From Deltaproteobacteria bacterium (GTDB lineage: Bacteria; Myxococcota_A; Polyangia; Fen-1088): a stretch of DNA of 64,000 bases. Shown one piece after another: positions 29,257 to 38,418 of this stretch (the stretch's first letter is position 1; every line of letters starts with the position of its first letter). The notes below the pieces were generated by a model. That model saw nothing but the letters and a program-made list of their open reading frames with translations, searched no databases and was not told where the DNA came from. Made by a program: the position numbers and the translations under genes. Location: assembly GCA_033763315.1 (NCBI GenBank), contig JANRKS010000016.1, forward strand, positions 160,001-224,000, written 5' to 3'.

Positions 29257-31980
29257 CTATGGGCGTTCGGTATAACTTGGATGCTGCGGGTCGCCGCCCG
29301 CCACCAGGAAGGCCAGCAGATCGCGCAGTTCATCCCAGTTCAGGCTGTTGATGAGCCCGCCTGGCATCTGTGATTGCGTTGAAGGTTCAACCTTGGCAAC
29401 ATCCGCGCGCGGCACCGGCACCAGCGCTTGCGGGTTGAACATATTCGGCATCAAGACGATCTCCGTGTCGTCCTCGCGGATCAAGCGCCCGCCCAGGGTT
29501 TCGCCATTCTTCTTGGTGACGATCGCCGCTTGGTATTGATCTGAGATCACGGCACTGGGGTTGATGATCGAATCCAGCAGATCGCGCACCGAGAAGCGCG
29601 CCCCGAGGCCCGTCAGATCAGGCCCCACCGCCCCGCCCTCGTTGCCCACGCGGTGGCACAACACGCACGTGGCGGCCGAGAACATGCGGCGGCCGTTTTC
29701 AAAGTTGCGGCCCTTGAGCGCCTTCGGATCTGACTCCAGCCGCTCCCACACAGAAAACACAGTCCACAAAGATCCTGGGCCCACGGGCGACGGCAACTCG
29801 GCCGTCATGGCGTCATTGGATGGCGTTTCCACCAAGGCCGCCAACTTCTTTTTGTCTGCAGGCGATAGGTGCGAAACAAATTCTTCACGAATCATTTGCC
29901 AAGCGCCGTAGTACATATTGCCGCCACGCGAACTGGTCATCGCCGCATCGATCAGTTTGAGGTACTGTCGCTGCAGCTCCGTGGTCCAGCCGGCCTGCAC
30001 GTTGCGCAAAGTGGAGGCCAACAGCATGCGCTGCGTTTGCGGGCCCATCGCCACCATGTCTTTGACGGTGGCTCCATAGAATTGATTACGCTCGGCAAGC
30101 TCCGCCAAACCAGCCGTATTCGTCACCGCCGCGCTGGCCATCAACGCAACCGTTTTGGGCACCACGGTGGGTGCGTTCAGATACGCCAACACACGCGCCA
30201 GCTCCACGTTGGCGTGATCATCTTGGCTGGGCAAAAGCGGCTCAAGCTGTGCCACCACTTGTTTGGCTTGCGCAGGCGTTGGTTTGCCCAAACGCACAAA
30301 TATAAGCGCGTAGGCGCGCAGCAGCTCAACCAACACATCCGGTGTGGCCTTCGCGGGCTTGACCCGCAACAACGCGTTCACGGCCACAGCTTGATCGCCA
30401 AACACACCGTGACGTGCGAGCGCCAGCATACCCGTGGCAACGGCCTGCGGCTCGGTCAACTGCAACACGCGCTTGCGCCACTTTACCACGGGCTGCGCTT
30501 CAACGGCCAAGCGCGCGGCAGAGCGAAGGAAACGATCGCGGCTGCCAAAGTGAGGCAACGCGGCCTCAACGGCTTTCGGATCCACTTTGCCATGAAAGCC
30601 TTCAAGCGTACGGCGCAGCGTTTGCGCTGCGGTTAACGTATCTTGCGGCTTCACAGCGTCGGTTGCATCGGTGCCAACGTAAGTGATGCGGTAAAGGCCC
30701 GACTGCACCTTGCGACCACCCGTGATGAAATAAAACGCGCCATCAGGGTGAACCACCGCATCCGTCACAGGCAAAGGCGATCCCACAACGAAGGGCTCGG
30801 CTTTGGCCGCATACGCGCTGCCTTGAGGCTCCATAAACACCGCGTGAATCGTGCCGTACGTCCAATCGAGCGCGAACATCGCGTTTTGGTATCGTGCGGG
30901 AAAGCGCGCGCCATAACCAAACACCACACCAGTCGGAGAGGCGGGCCCGGTGTCTAAGATCGAACTTAAGCTGTCGGCGTTCCAGTCGGGCCAATTGGCC
31001 GTGCCAATGCGCCAACCAAAATCAGCGCCACTGGTCACCAAGCACACGCGTGGCGGGCGGTACCACGACGTGCCGAGATCCCATTCCATGTCCGAGTCAT
31101 AGGTCAGCAGATCGCCTTGGCTGTTAAACGCGATGTCGTAGGCATTGCGAAGGCCGTTGGCAAACAACTCCCACGTTTTGCCGTCGCGATCTGTGCGCAG
31201 CACCCAGCCGCCCGGTGAAGGCTTGGGCGTGCCGCCGCTTGGATCTTTGATCTGCGGCAACAACTGATCATCACCCCACACGGCAGGGCTGCGAAACGTG
31301 CTGATATCGGCGGGCAGTTTGGTGAAGTTGCCGCCCACGATGAACAACGATTCTTTATCGGGTCCCAACACCACGGCATGCGGGCCGTGTTCGCCCTGGC
31401 CGCGCAAAGGCTTTAGAAATTCAACCTTATCGAACTGGTCGTCGTTGTTGGTGTCGCGCAGCCGGTATAAGCCGTTGCGATCTTTGTCGTCGTCGGCGGA
31501 AACAACATAGAGGCTGTCAAACGCGTATAGCAAGCCATGCGCGTGGCCCACGTCCACCTTCAAGCGCTCCACCTTCACTTGCTGTTGAGGCCCGGCCGGC
31601 AAAGTTATGCGAAACAGGCCCCGGTGGTGTTGCGACGAGGTGATCAGGCGGCCCTTGTTGTCGACCGCCAAGCTGATCCATGAGCCATCCTTGTCGGGTT
31701 GCGCCGAGTAGAGCCGCTCGACCTTAAAACCCGGCGGCACCTTGATGTCTGCGGGCGACGTGGCGGCACCAGACATGCCCAGGCCAGCGCTCACCCGGGA
31801 CGTCACGGGGGCCAGCGCGGTGCCGCCCCTGGGAGGCACGACGGCAGCCACGGAAGGGCTGGCCTCGGCGGCTGGCCGGGGCGGTGGTGAAGAGGCCTGG
31901 CACCCTCCAAAACACCCGGCAAGACACAGGGCGACACAGGCCCCAGAAACCCTACGATGAAAACGCAATTGCACCGGCAT
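29257..31980 (-). CDS. PVC-type heme-binding protein: beta-propeller dehydrogenase-like, HEAT repeats, cytochrome c
   Basis: PPGFKVE, GEHGPH, GLRNAYD, DSDMEWDLG, WYRPPR, CVLCH, GGAVGPDLT, SQMPGGL. Confidence 0.85.
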   Translation of the reverse strand: MPVQLRFHRRVSGACVALCLAGCFGGCQASSPPPRPAAEASPSVAAVVPPRGGTALAPVTSRVSAGLGMSGAATSPADIKVPPGFKVERLYSAQPDKDGSWISLAVDNKGRLITSSQHHRGLFRITLPAGPQQQVKVERLKVDVGHAHGLLYAFDSLYVVSADDDKDRNGLYRLRDTNNDDQFDKVEFLKPLRGQGEHGPHAVVLGPDKESLFIVGGNFTKLPADISTFRSPAVWGDDQLLPQIKDPSGGTPKPSPGGWVLRTDRDGKTWELFANGLRNAYDIAFNSQGDLLTYDSDMEWDLGTSWYRPPRVCLVTSGADFGWRIGTANWPDWNADSLSSILDTGPASPTGVVFGYGARFPARYQNAMFALDWTYGTIHAVFMEPQGSAYAAKAEPFVVGSPLPVTDAVVHPDGAFYFITGGRKVQSGLYRITYVGTDATDAVKPQDTLTAAQTLRRTLEGFHGKVDPKAVEAALPHFGSRDRFLRSAARLAVEAQPVVKWRKRVLQLTEPQAVATGMLALARHGVFGDQAVAVNALLRVKPAKATPDVLVELLRAYALIFVRLGKPTPAQAKQVVAQLEPLLPSQDDHANVELARVLAYLNAPTVVPKTVALMASAAVTNTAGLAELAERNQFYGATVKDMVAMGPQTQRMLLASTLRNVQAGWTTELQRQYLKLIDAAMTSSRGGNMYYGAWQMIREEFVSHLSPADKKKLAALVETPSNDAMTAELPSPVGPGSLWTVFSVWERLESDPKALKGRNFENGRRMFSAATCVLCHRVGNEGGAVGPDLTGLGARFSVRDLLDSIINPSAVISDQYQAAIVTKKNGETLGGRLIREDDTEIVLMPNMFNPQALVPVPRADVAKVEPSTQSQMPGGLINSLNWDELRDLLAFLVAGGDPQHPSYTERP

Positions 31981-32123
31981 CTACTGGCACAGTCTGGGGC
32001 CACCCGCCGCCCAAACCAAAAACCACGCTTTTCCCTTTCCAGGGATTCCCCTGTACCCCGAAACACAGCCTGTGACATCGCACACGGCTTGACCCAACCC
32101 GCCCGAGAGCTGAAGCTACCCGG

Positions 32124-32939
32124 ATGTCCCTTTTAGCCCTTGTAGGTGGCGCACATGGTTTGTTGGGGGCGACGGCCCTTCGCCTCGGCGGCTTGTGCCT
32201 GCTCGTCCTGCCTTGGCTCGGCATGGTCGCCTGTTCGGACGCCCGCCAAGAAGGCCCGGAGGGCTACGTGGCCAACAAGTCCAAGTTCTGGGCCGAGAAC
32301 AAATTGCCCGAAGGGCAGTTGGTCGCCTTCGCCGGCAGCAACGTGCGCGCAAGCGCCGCCAGCGCCGCCGCGCCCACAGGGTCAAGCGTGCCGTTGGGAA
32401 CCATCTCCCCGAGCGGGGCCATCAAGCTCATGTTGCCCAAGGAGTTGCCCTTCTCGAACGACGCCGGTGGGCGGCGCAGCTACTGCTCGTCAGGCTTGGA
32501 TTTCGAGTTTCACGCCGGTTATGCGTGTTCAAGCACGGGGCAAGACGACACGCACCGCATGCGCAACGCCTGCACAAACGCACCAGAGGCCTCCCTGCAA
32601 AACATTCGTTTGGCGGCCGTGCCCAACGGCGGCGAAGCCAAGGCTGTGACCACCGTGGCTGCGTTGACCGATTCAACCAGCTTCCCCTACGCGCTGTTGG
32701 TTGCGAATCGTCCCACAAAGATCAACGGCTGCACTTATTGCTTCTACATTGACGAGAAGGCTGGCCTCACAACCGATCGCTACACATTCGTTTGCTACCA
32801 AAGCGATGTGCTGCCGGCCAACACGCTGCTTGGCGTGTTTCGCGCCAACACGCACGAAGCGGCTGATACGTTGGCCGTGCGCGTGCGCCCGGTTGAAGCC
32901 GCCGACTTGAAGTTCCTTTCGATCGAAGGCGCCCCCTAA
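32124..32939 (+). CDS. Hypothetical Cys-containing lipoprotein
   Basis: Lipobox MVAC; six further Cys; no family recognised. Confidence 0.6.
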   Translation: MSLLALVGGAHGLLGATALRLGGLCLLVLPWLGMVACSDARQEGPEGYVANKSKFWAENKLPEGQLVAFAGSNVRASAASAAAPTGSSVPLGTISPSGAIKLMLPKELPFSNDAGGRRSYCSSGLDFEFHAGYACSSTGQDDTHRMRNACTNAPEASLQNIRLAAVPNGGEAKAVTTVAALTDSTSFPYALLVANRPTKINGCTYCFYIDEKAGLTTDRYTFVCYQSDVLPANTLLGVFRANTHEAADTLAVRVRPVEAADLKFLSIEGAP

Positions 32940-32987
32940 ACGCGGTGGCCTTCGCACACACAAACGCAGCAAAGCCATGCGTTTGGC

Positions 32988-33005
32988 GGTAATCTCGTGA
33001 TTACC
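32988..33005. promoter_or_regulatory. Inverted repeat, candidate operator of the YoaK-family gene
   Basis: GGTAATC-TCGT-GATTACC perfect 7-4-7 repeat ending 1 nt before GTG 33007; contains a TAATCT -10-like hexamer. Confidence 0.45.
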
Positions 33006-33006
33006 T

Positions 33007-33810
33007 GTGCGCCGCTACCTGCGAAAAAACCGCAACGCGCTTGAATCAAACGTCCTTGCGCACGTTTTGCCATTCGTGGCGGGGACGGTAAACGCCAGCG
33101 GCTTCTTCATCGTGGGCACTTACACGTCACACGTTACGGGCAGTGTTGCGCGTGTGGGGGATGATCTGGCCCAAGGAGACCGCGCCGGGGCCACGCGTGC
33201 TGTGGTGTTGGTCATCAGCTTCTTTGCGGGCGCGTTGCTGGCCGCAGCGTTGGCGGAGCGCGCACGTAAGCACGACCGCAGCCCTTACTCGGGCACGTTG
33301 GAATGTGAAACGCTGACCTTGGCGGTGATCGCTGCGTTGGGCATCGCTGAACCCAAAGGCATCCCCTGGCTCAACGCGCTTACAACAGCACTCTTGTGCA
33401 TGGCGATGGGCATGCAGAACGCGCTCGTCACCAACCTATCGGGCGCCGTGGTGCGCACAACGCACCTCACAGGCATCGTTACAGATATGGGCATCGAAAC
33501 CGTGCGCGCCACGCAATGGTTGCTGCACGTGCGCCGCCAACCGAACGCACACGGCCTGCTGCGAACGTTGTTCCGCTACCGCACGTTTCCCGAACTCAGG
33601 ATGTTGCGCCTGCACACGGCCATCTTCTTGTCGTTTCTGGCAGGCGCCGTGGTGGGCCCCTTCTTATACGTCCGCCACGGCTATGTTTCGATGGCGCTGC
33701 CCATTGCGATCCTGGTGACGTTGATTCTGTTCGATCGCTTCATTGGCTTTCGCACACAGGCCAAGCCCGCGAACCAACACGCATCCTCATCACCCCAGTC
33801 GCCTGTTTAG
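33007..33810 (+). CDS. YoaK family (DUF1275) membrane protein
   Basis: FVAGTVNA, YTSHVTG, AMGMQNA, VRTTHLTGIVTD. Confidence 0.9.
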   Translation: MRRYLRKNRNALESNVLAHVLPFVAGTVNASGFFIVGTYTSHVTGSVARVGDDLAQGDRAGATRAVVLVISFFAGALLAAALAERARKHDRSPYSGTLECETLTLAVIAALGIAEPKGIPWLNALTTALLCMAMGMQNALVTNLSGAVVRTTHLTGIVTDMGIETVRATQWLLHVRRQPNAHGLLRTLFRYRTFPELRMLRLHTAIFLSFLAGAVVGPFLYVRHGYVSMALPIAILVTLILFDRFIGFRTQAKPANQHASSSPQSPV

Positions 33811-33824
33811 GCAGCCAACCCCAC

Positions 33825-34298
33825 TTACTCGTCGTTGATCTGTTGCGCCAAGTAGTTCGCCAGGCCCAGCTGGTTGATCAAGTTCTCTTGCGCTTCGATC
33901 CAGTCGAGGTGTTCCTCCTCGCTCACCAAAATGCTTTCAAGCAATGCGCGCGTGCCGTTGTCGCCTTTTTGCGTCGCCAGCAAGATGCCTCGGTTCAAAC
34001 GCTCGATGGCGTCGATCTCCAAAGCTTTGTCAGAAGCGATCTGCTCGGGAACGGTTTCACCGATGTTGATCTTGCCCAGGCGCTGCACGTTGGGCAGGCC
34101 TTCGAGATAAAGGATGCGCGTGATGATCTGATCGGCGTGCTTCATCTCGTCGATCGATTCGTGGCGCAAGAACTTCCACAATTTCTTGTAGCCCCAGCTC
34201 TCGCACATACGTCCGTGAAGGAAGTACTGGTTGATGCCGGTGAGCTCAGCAGTCAACACATCGTTCAGAACGTCGATAACCTCTTGCGTACCCTTCAT
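33825..34298 (-). CDS. bfr: Bacterioferritin
   Basis: MKG...ELTGINQYFLH, ESIDEMKHAD (heme Met), RILYLEGLPN, EEEHLDW. Confidence 0.96.
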   Translation of the reverse strand: MKGTQEVIDVLNDVLTAELTGINQYFLHGRMCESWGYKKLWKFLRHESIDEMKHADQIITRILYLEGLPNVQRLGKINIGETVPEQIASDKALEIDAIERLNRGILLATQKGDNGTRALLESILVSEEEHLDWIEAQENLINQLGLANYLAQQINDE

Positions 34299-34528
34299 CG
34301 TGGCGGGAACGGTAGCGCGCTCGCCACATTGTGGCAACGACCGGCCGACGATGAGGCGTTATTGCCAGACGAAGCTTCGTTCGCCATTTGCTCGATCATC
34401 TCGTGGCACGCGCCACAGCCTGTGCCCGCTCCACAAGCGGCGCTTACGTCAGGCAACGAACGCGCGCCCTGCATGACAGCAAGCCGAACACTTCGGTCAG
34501 AGACACCACGGCAGATACAAACGATCAT
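34295..34528 (-). CDS. bfd: Bacterioferritin-associated [2Fe-2S] ferredoxin
   Basis: MIVCICRGVS...GAGTGCGAC; overlaps the bfr start. Confidence 0.92.
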   Translation of the reverse strand: MIVCICRGVSDRSVRLAVMQGARSLPDVSAACGAGTGCGACHEMIEQMANEASSGNNASSSAGRCHNVASALPFPPR

Positions 34529-34534
34529 GGCTGA

Positions 34535-34555
34535 TATTGAGAGTGACTCTCAATA
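34535..34555. promoter_or_regulatory. Fur-box-like operator upstream of bfd-bfr
   Basis: TATTGAGAGT-G-ACTCTCAATA perfect 10-1-10 palindrome 6 nt upstream of the bfd ATG; resembles TGANAATNATTNTCA. Confidence 0.75.
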
Positions 34556-34698
34556 CGGAGAACGTCAAGAACAAGTTTTTGACGGTGCCGCTGCACCCCA
34601 TCGGGCTTTCCCGGCCCCGGTGCTAACCCGCCAAAATGCCTGGCAAAACTGACAAAAGGCGGCCCCCGCCCGCGAGCCTGCCGCGCTGACGGTTCAGC

Positions 34699-37098
34699 CT
34701 ATCCCTGCAAGTCGTCGGGCAAAAGCGGCGACGGGCGGCCCGTCATCGTGATCCACAGTTGGTGGGCGGCGCGGGTCATGGCCACGTGAAGCAGGCGGCG
34801 CGAAAGGTCGTTGTTGGGGTAAGACTCGTCGCTGACCTCAAGCAACACCACCACGTCGAACTCGAGGCCCTTGGTTTGCCGCACGTCGGTCACATCGATG
34901 CCGGGCGTGAACGGAAAATCTTGATTCGCCACCAAGCGCAAACGCGGCACTTCGGCGCGCTTGAGCACTTCGTAGTAAACGCGCGCTTGTTCTGGGTGGC
35001 GCGCCACCAAGGCCACAGACACCGAAGGATCCTCGCGCAAGAGGCCTTTGAGCGCGTGGCTTAAAAACTCGCTCGCTTCACCGGGTGAGCCGAAGCCAAA
35101 CGATTCCACGGGCGCGCCCGAGCGTGGGGCCACGGGCCGCTTATCACCCGCCAGGTGGCCCAGCACATGTTCAGCCACTTCCACGATTTGCCGCGTGGAA
35201 CGGTAACTCACGCGCAAAGGCTCGAGCTTGTCGTGCATGATACCGAGATCGTCCAACATCTCGGACCAGTTCGAGAATCCATGATCCGCTGAGATCGCCT
35301 GGGCCGTGTCACCCGCCAACGTGATCGAACGATCGGGCGTGGTGCTATCCAGCAGCACCGCCAATTCGATCGGCGCAAAGTCTTGCACTTCATCGACCAT
35401 CAAATGCTCATAAACCACGGGGCCTTGTTGGTTGGTCAATTGGCCTTTTTGACGCTGAAAAATCCGCAACAGCAAGGCGTCGTCTTCGGGATCCAGCGCG
35501 TATTCGATCCGCTCCTCAGGCTCGTCTCCGCCATCGTTCGGATCGTGGGTGTCGCGCATCTGTTTGCGCTCTTGCGCTTGTTCGTGCGCCTCGTGGCGCA
35601 AGCGTTCGCGATCCACGCACCATTTGTGGATGCTGTCGAGCTGCGCTTCGGTAAACACGCCTGGCGCGTGCTTGCCGAAGCCTTCGCCCAAAGCTTGGCG
35701 ATCCGTTAACAGATTGGCCCATTCGCCGATCACGTCGCGAGTGCGTCGACGGATGGCTTTGCCCGCGGCTTCCATCGCCATGCGATCGTTAGGCGCGATC
35801 TGAGCTTGCTGTACCCAACGCCCAAGCGCGCTCACACGCATGTCCACCGGCCCCGTGGATTTGTCCCACGCCGCCAAAACGTTCGCCAACAATGTATGCC
35901 GGCCTTCGAGCATCGCTTGCAGTTGCTCGCGACACCACGCCGCCATTTGCGTTTGGCGATCTTCAATCACCTTCAAGATGGCGCCGTGGCTCTTGAGCCG
36001 AATGACATTCGAAGGCGTGCTATCCGTCAGCGGCGCCTTGAGGTTCGGAAACACTTGATGGCGGATCTTTTCGGCCCAGTCCGCGAACGTCATCACGGGC
36101 ACGCCTGGCACTTCGAGCGCCGGCAGAACACGGGAGACGTACGTCGCAAGCGCCCGCTGGTAAACGAGAACCAACGTGGTTTCGGGGCGAAAACGGCGTG
36201 GATCTGAGAACGCCAAATAAGCAATGCGGTGCAGACCGATCGTGGTTTTGCCGCTGCCCGCCGAGCCTTGCACAACGATCAAACCCGAGCTTGGCCGGCT
36301 GATGAGCTCGAACTGGCGTGGGTCGATCAAGGCCGCGATCGCTGGCAATAATTTTTCAAGACGGCCATCACTGCCGTCGCCTGTGAGCCGGCCGCGCTCG
36401 GTGGGCACGTGGCCCGTCGTTGGCCCCACCACCGTGGCTGTGCCATCACGTTCAACTTGCAGCTTTGCGTGACGAACGGGCACCTGCCGCCATTGGCCCG
36501 TTTTGTAGTCGCGCGCAAACGTGCCATCAGGCGAGACCACACGCCGCAATTCCGCATCCACGATCGTGACGGTGCGGCGGGCCAGCACTTCACCTTCGAC
36601 CACACGGTTGCCAAGGCGCTCTTCGTAAGAATCGCCCTCTTCGTAACGGTAGAACAAGCGCGACACAGGCGCGTTTCGCCAATCGACGATTTGCACGCCG
36701 CCGCCTGGTTCTACGTAACCGCGTTGACCGATCAAGACGTCGCGGCGTTTGCCGCCTTCTTCCAAACGCAGGTGCCCGAAGTAAGGCGACTTGCGATCGA
36801 TGGGAATGTTCTCGCCCTTGCCGCGTTGACGTGACAGCGCCTCGATCCGATGCATTTGTTCGAGAAGCGAGGCCTGATCTTCAGGCTTGGCCTCCGCCAT
36901 GGCGTCGCGCAGCTCGATGAGCGCGCCCAGGTCATCCACCTGTTGTTTGGGCTTGCGACGGTCCTCGTTGGCTTTGTCGATCTTCGACAGCACCACCTTG
37001 AGCAGCTTGTCCTCTTCGGACACGACGGTTGGCAAGGCCCGCGCTTCTGTGGGCTCGGGCAGCGTGTCTGGTTGGGGCCTGGTTTCGGAGGTCTGCAC
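34699..37098 (-). CDS. HelD-like SF1 (UvrD family) ATPase, putative RNA polymerase recycling factor
   Basis: SPYFGHL, IVDWRNAPVSRLFY N-terminal domain; GSAGSGKTT, VDEVQD, GDTAQ, SYRST, KGLEFD, HVAMTRA. Confidence 0.82.
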   Translation of the reverse strand: MQTSETRPQPDTLPEPTEARALPTVVSEEDKLLKVVLSKIDKANEDRRKPKQQVDDLGALIELRDAMAEAKPEDQASLLEQMHRIEALSRQRGKGENIPIDRKSPYFGHLRLEEGGKRRDVLIGQRGYVEPGGGVQIVDWRNAPVSRLFYRYEEGDSYEERLGNRVVEGEVLARRTVTIVDAELRRVVSPDGTFARDYKTGQWRQVPVRHAKLQVERDGTATVVGPTTGHVPTERGRLTGDGSDGRLEKLLPAIAALIDPRQFELISRPSSGLIVVQGSAGSGKTTIGLHRIAYLAFSDPRRFRPETTLVLVYQRALATYVSRVLPALEVPGVPVMTFADWAEKIRHQVFPNLKAPLTDSTPSNVIRLKSHGAILKVIEDRQTQMAAWCREQLQAMLEGRHTLLANVLAAWDKSTGPVDMRVSALGRWVQQAQIAPNDRMAMEAAGKAIRRRTRDVIGEWANLLTDRQALGEGFGKHAPGVFTEAQLDSIHKWCVDRERLRHEAHEQAQERKQMRDTHDPNDGGDEPEERIEYALDPEDDALLLRIFQRQKGQLTNQQGPVVYEHLMVDEVQDFAPIELAVLLDSTTPDRSITLAGDTAQAISADHGFSNWSEMLDDLGIMHDKLEPLRVSYRSTRQIVEVAEHVLGHLAGDKRPVAPRSGAPVESFGFGSPGEASEFLSHALKGLLREDPSVSVALVARHPEQARVYYEVLKRAEVPRLRLVANQDFPFTPGIDVTDVRQTKGLEFDVVVLLEVSDESYPNNDLSRRLLHVAMTRAAHQLWITMTGRPSPLLPDDLQG

Positions 37099-37283
37099 GC
37101 AGTCTTTGGTCCGGCTAAAATTTAAGAATTGGCCAATTTACCACCCAAGACCCTGGGTGGGGCAAGCCTGTTAACACAAGCCCTTGCCTTCTGCACCACG
37201 GCACAAAACCCGCGATGCACAAGGCTAGGCACGGCTTGGGGCCGGCCCGGGGAAGTTGGCAAAAACCTGATAGATATTGCGGG

Positions 37284-38414
37284 GTGGATCCCCTTGCACA
37301 CACTTTGGTGGGCGCCAGCCTGGCTGAGACAGGCCTGCGGCAAAAGACGGCCTGGGCCACGTTAACCCTGGTGATTGGCGCCAACCTGCCCGACATCGAC
37401 GGGGTGTGTTTGCTGGGCGGTGCCGACGCCTCGATGGCCGGGCGCCGGGGCTGGACGCATGGCGTGGTGGCCTGGGTGGTCTTGCCTTTGGTGTTGGCGG
37501 GTGTGATGTACGCGCTTGCGCGGCGGGCCCAGCGGCGACAGCCAGCGAAGGAGCCTTTTGCTGGAACGGAGGCGCCACCACCTGTGTCGTGGTGGTGGTT
37601 GTTGGGGCTGGCGGCGCTGGGCGTGTGGACGCATCCCCTATTGGACTGGATGAACGCTTACGGCGTGCGTTTGCTGATGCCATTTTCGTCAACGTGGTTC
37701 TATGGCGATGCGCTGTTCATCATCGAACCCGTGCTGTGGCTGCTGTGTGGCGCGGCGGTGGTGTTTGCGCATGGCAAAACAAAAAAAGCAGCGGCGCTGT
37801 GGCTGCTCCTGCTGTTGACGACCACGTCAATCATCATCGTGCCCAAAACCGCACCGCCTGTGGGCAAGATGTTCTGGTGCATCGGCGCGGGGCTGTTGGT
37901 GTATCTGCGCATTCGCGGAAAACCTCCCTCGCCACGCATCACGGCGCGCGTCGGATTAGGCTTGGTGACGGTTTATATCGTTGCGATGTTGATCGGCACG
38001 GCGCACGCGAAGACGCAGGCCGAGGGGTGGTTGCGCAGCCAAAACATGGTGGCGACGAAACTCGTTGTCGTGCCGTTGCCCGCCACGCCATTGCAGCGTG
38101 AGGTAATCGCGTTGGTGGGCGACACCTATCATTTCTTCACCGTTGCCGCCTTCGGAGATGCCCCGCTGCGCCCCAGCGACGCGCCCATCAAGGTGGGCGA
38201 AATCACGCCCGCGGTGCATGCGGCGTTGGCCGCGTCGCAAGTGCAAGGCCTGGTGCGTTGGCTGCGGCTGCCAGCCTACGAGGTGCAAAGCACATCCGAT
38301 GGTGTGGTGGTGACGATCGCGGACGTGCGTTATTCGCGCACGCAGGGCAGCCGCGTGGGGCGCGCGAAGGTGTGGCTTGATCGCCAACTGCGGGTGTTGC
38401 AGGTGCAACACTAA
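37284..38414 (+). CDS. YdjM-family metal-dependent membrane hydrolase
   Basis: MDPLAHTLVG, NLPDID, RRGWTH, THPLLDWMNAYGVRLLMPF. Confidence 0.88.
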   Translation: MDPLAHTLVGASLAETGLRQKTAWATLTLVIGANLPDIDGVCLLGGADASMAGRRGWTHGVVAWVVLPLVLAGVMYALARRAQRRQPAKEPFAGTEAPPPVSWWWLLGLAALGVWTHPLLDWMNAYGVRLLMPFSSTWFYGDALFIIEPVLWLLCGAAVVFAHGKTKKAAALWLLLLLTTTSIIIVPKTAPPVGKMFWCIGAGLLVYLRIRGKPPSPRITARVGLGLVTVYIVAMLIGTAHAKTQAEGWLRSQNMVATKLVVVPLPATPLQREVIALVGDTYHFFTVAAFGDAPLRPSDAPIKVGEITPAVHAALAASQVQGLVRWLRLPAYEVQSTSDGVVVTIADVRYSRTQGSRVGRAKVWLDRQLRVLQVQH

Positions 38415-38418
38415 AGCG

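Noticed and set aside
33396-34652. 418-aa plus-strand ORF across yoaK/bfr/bfd
   Set aside because: Shadow ORF of well-supported genes; no protein motifs
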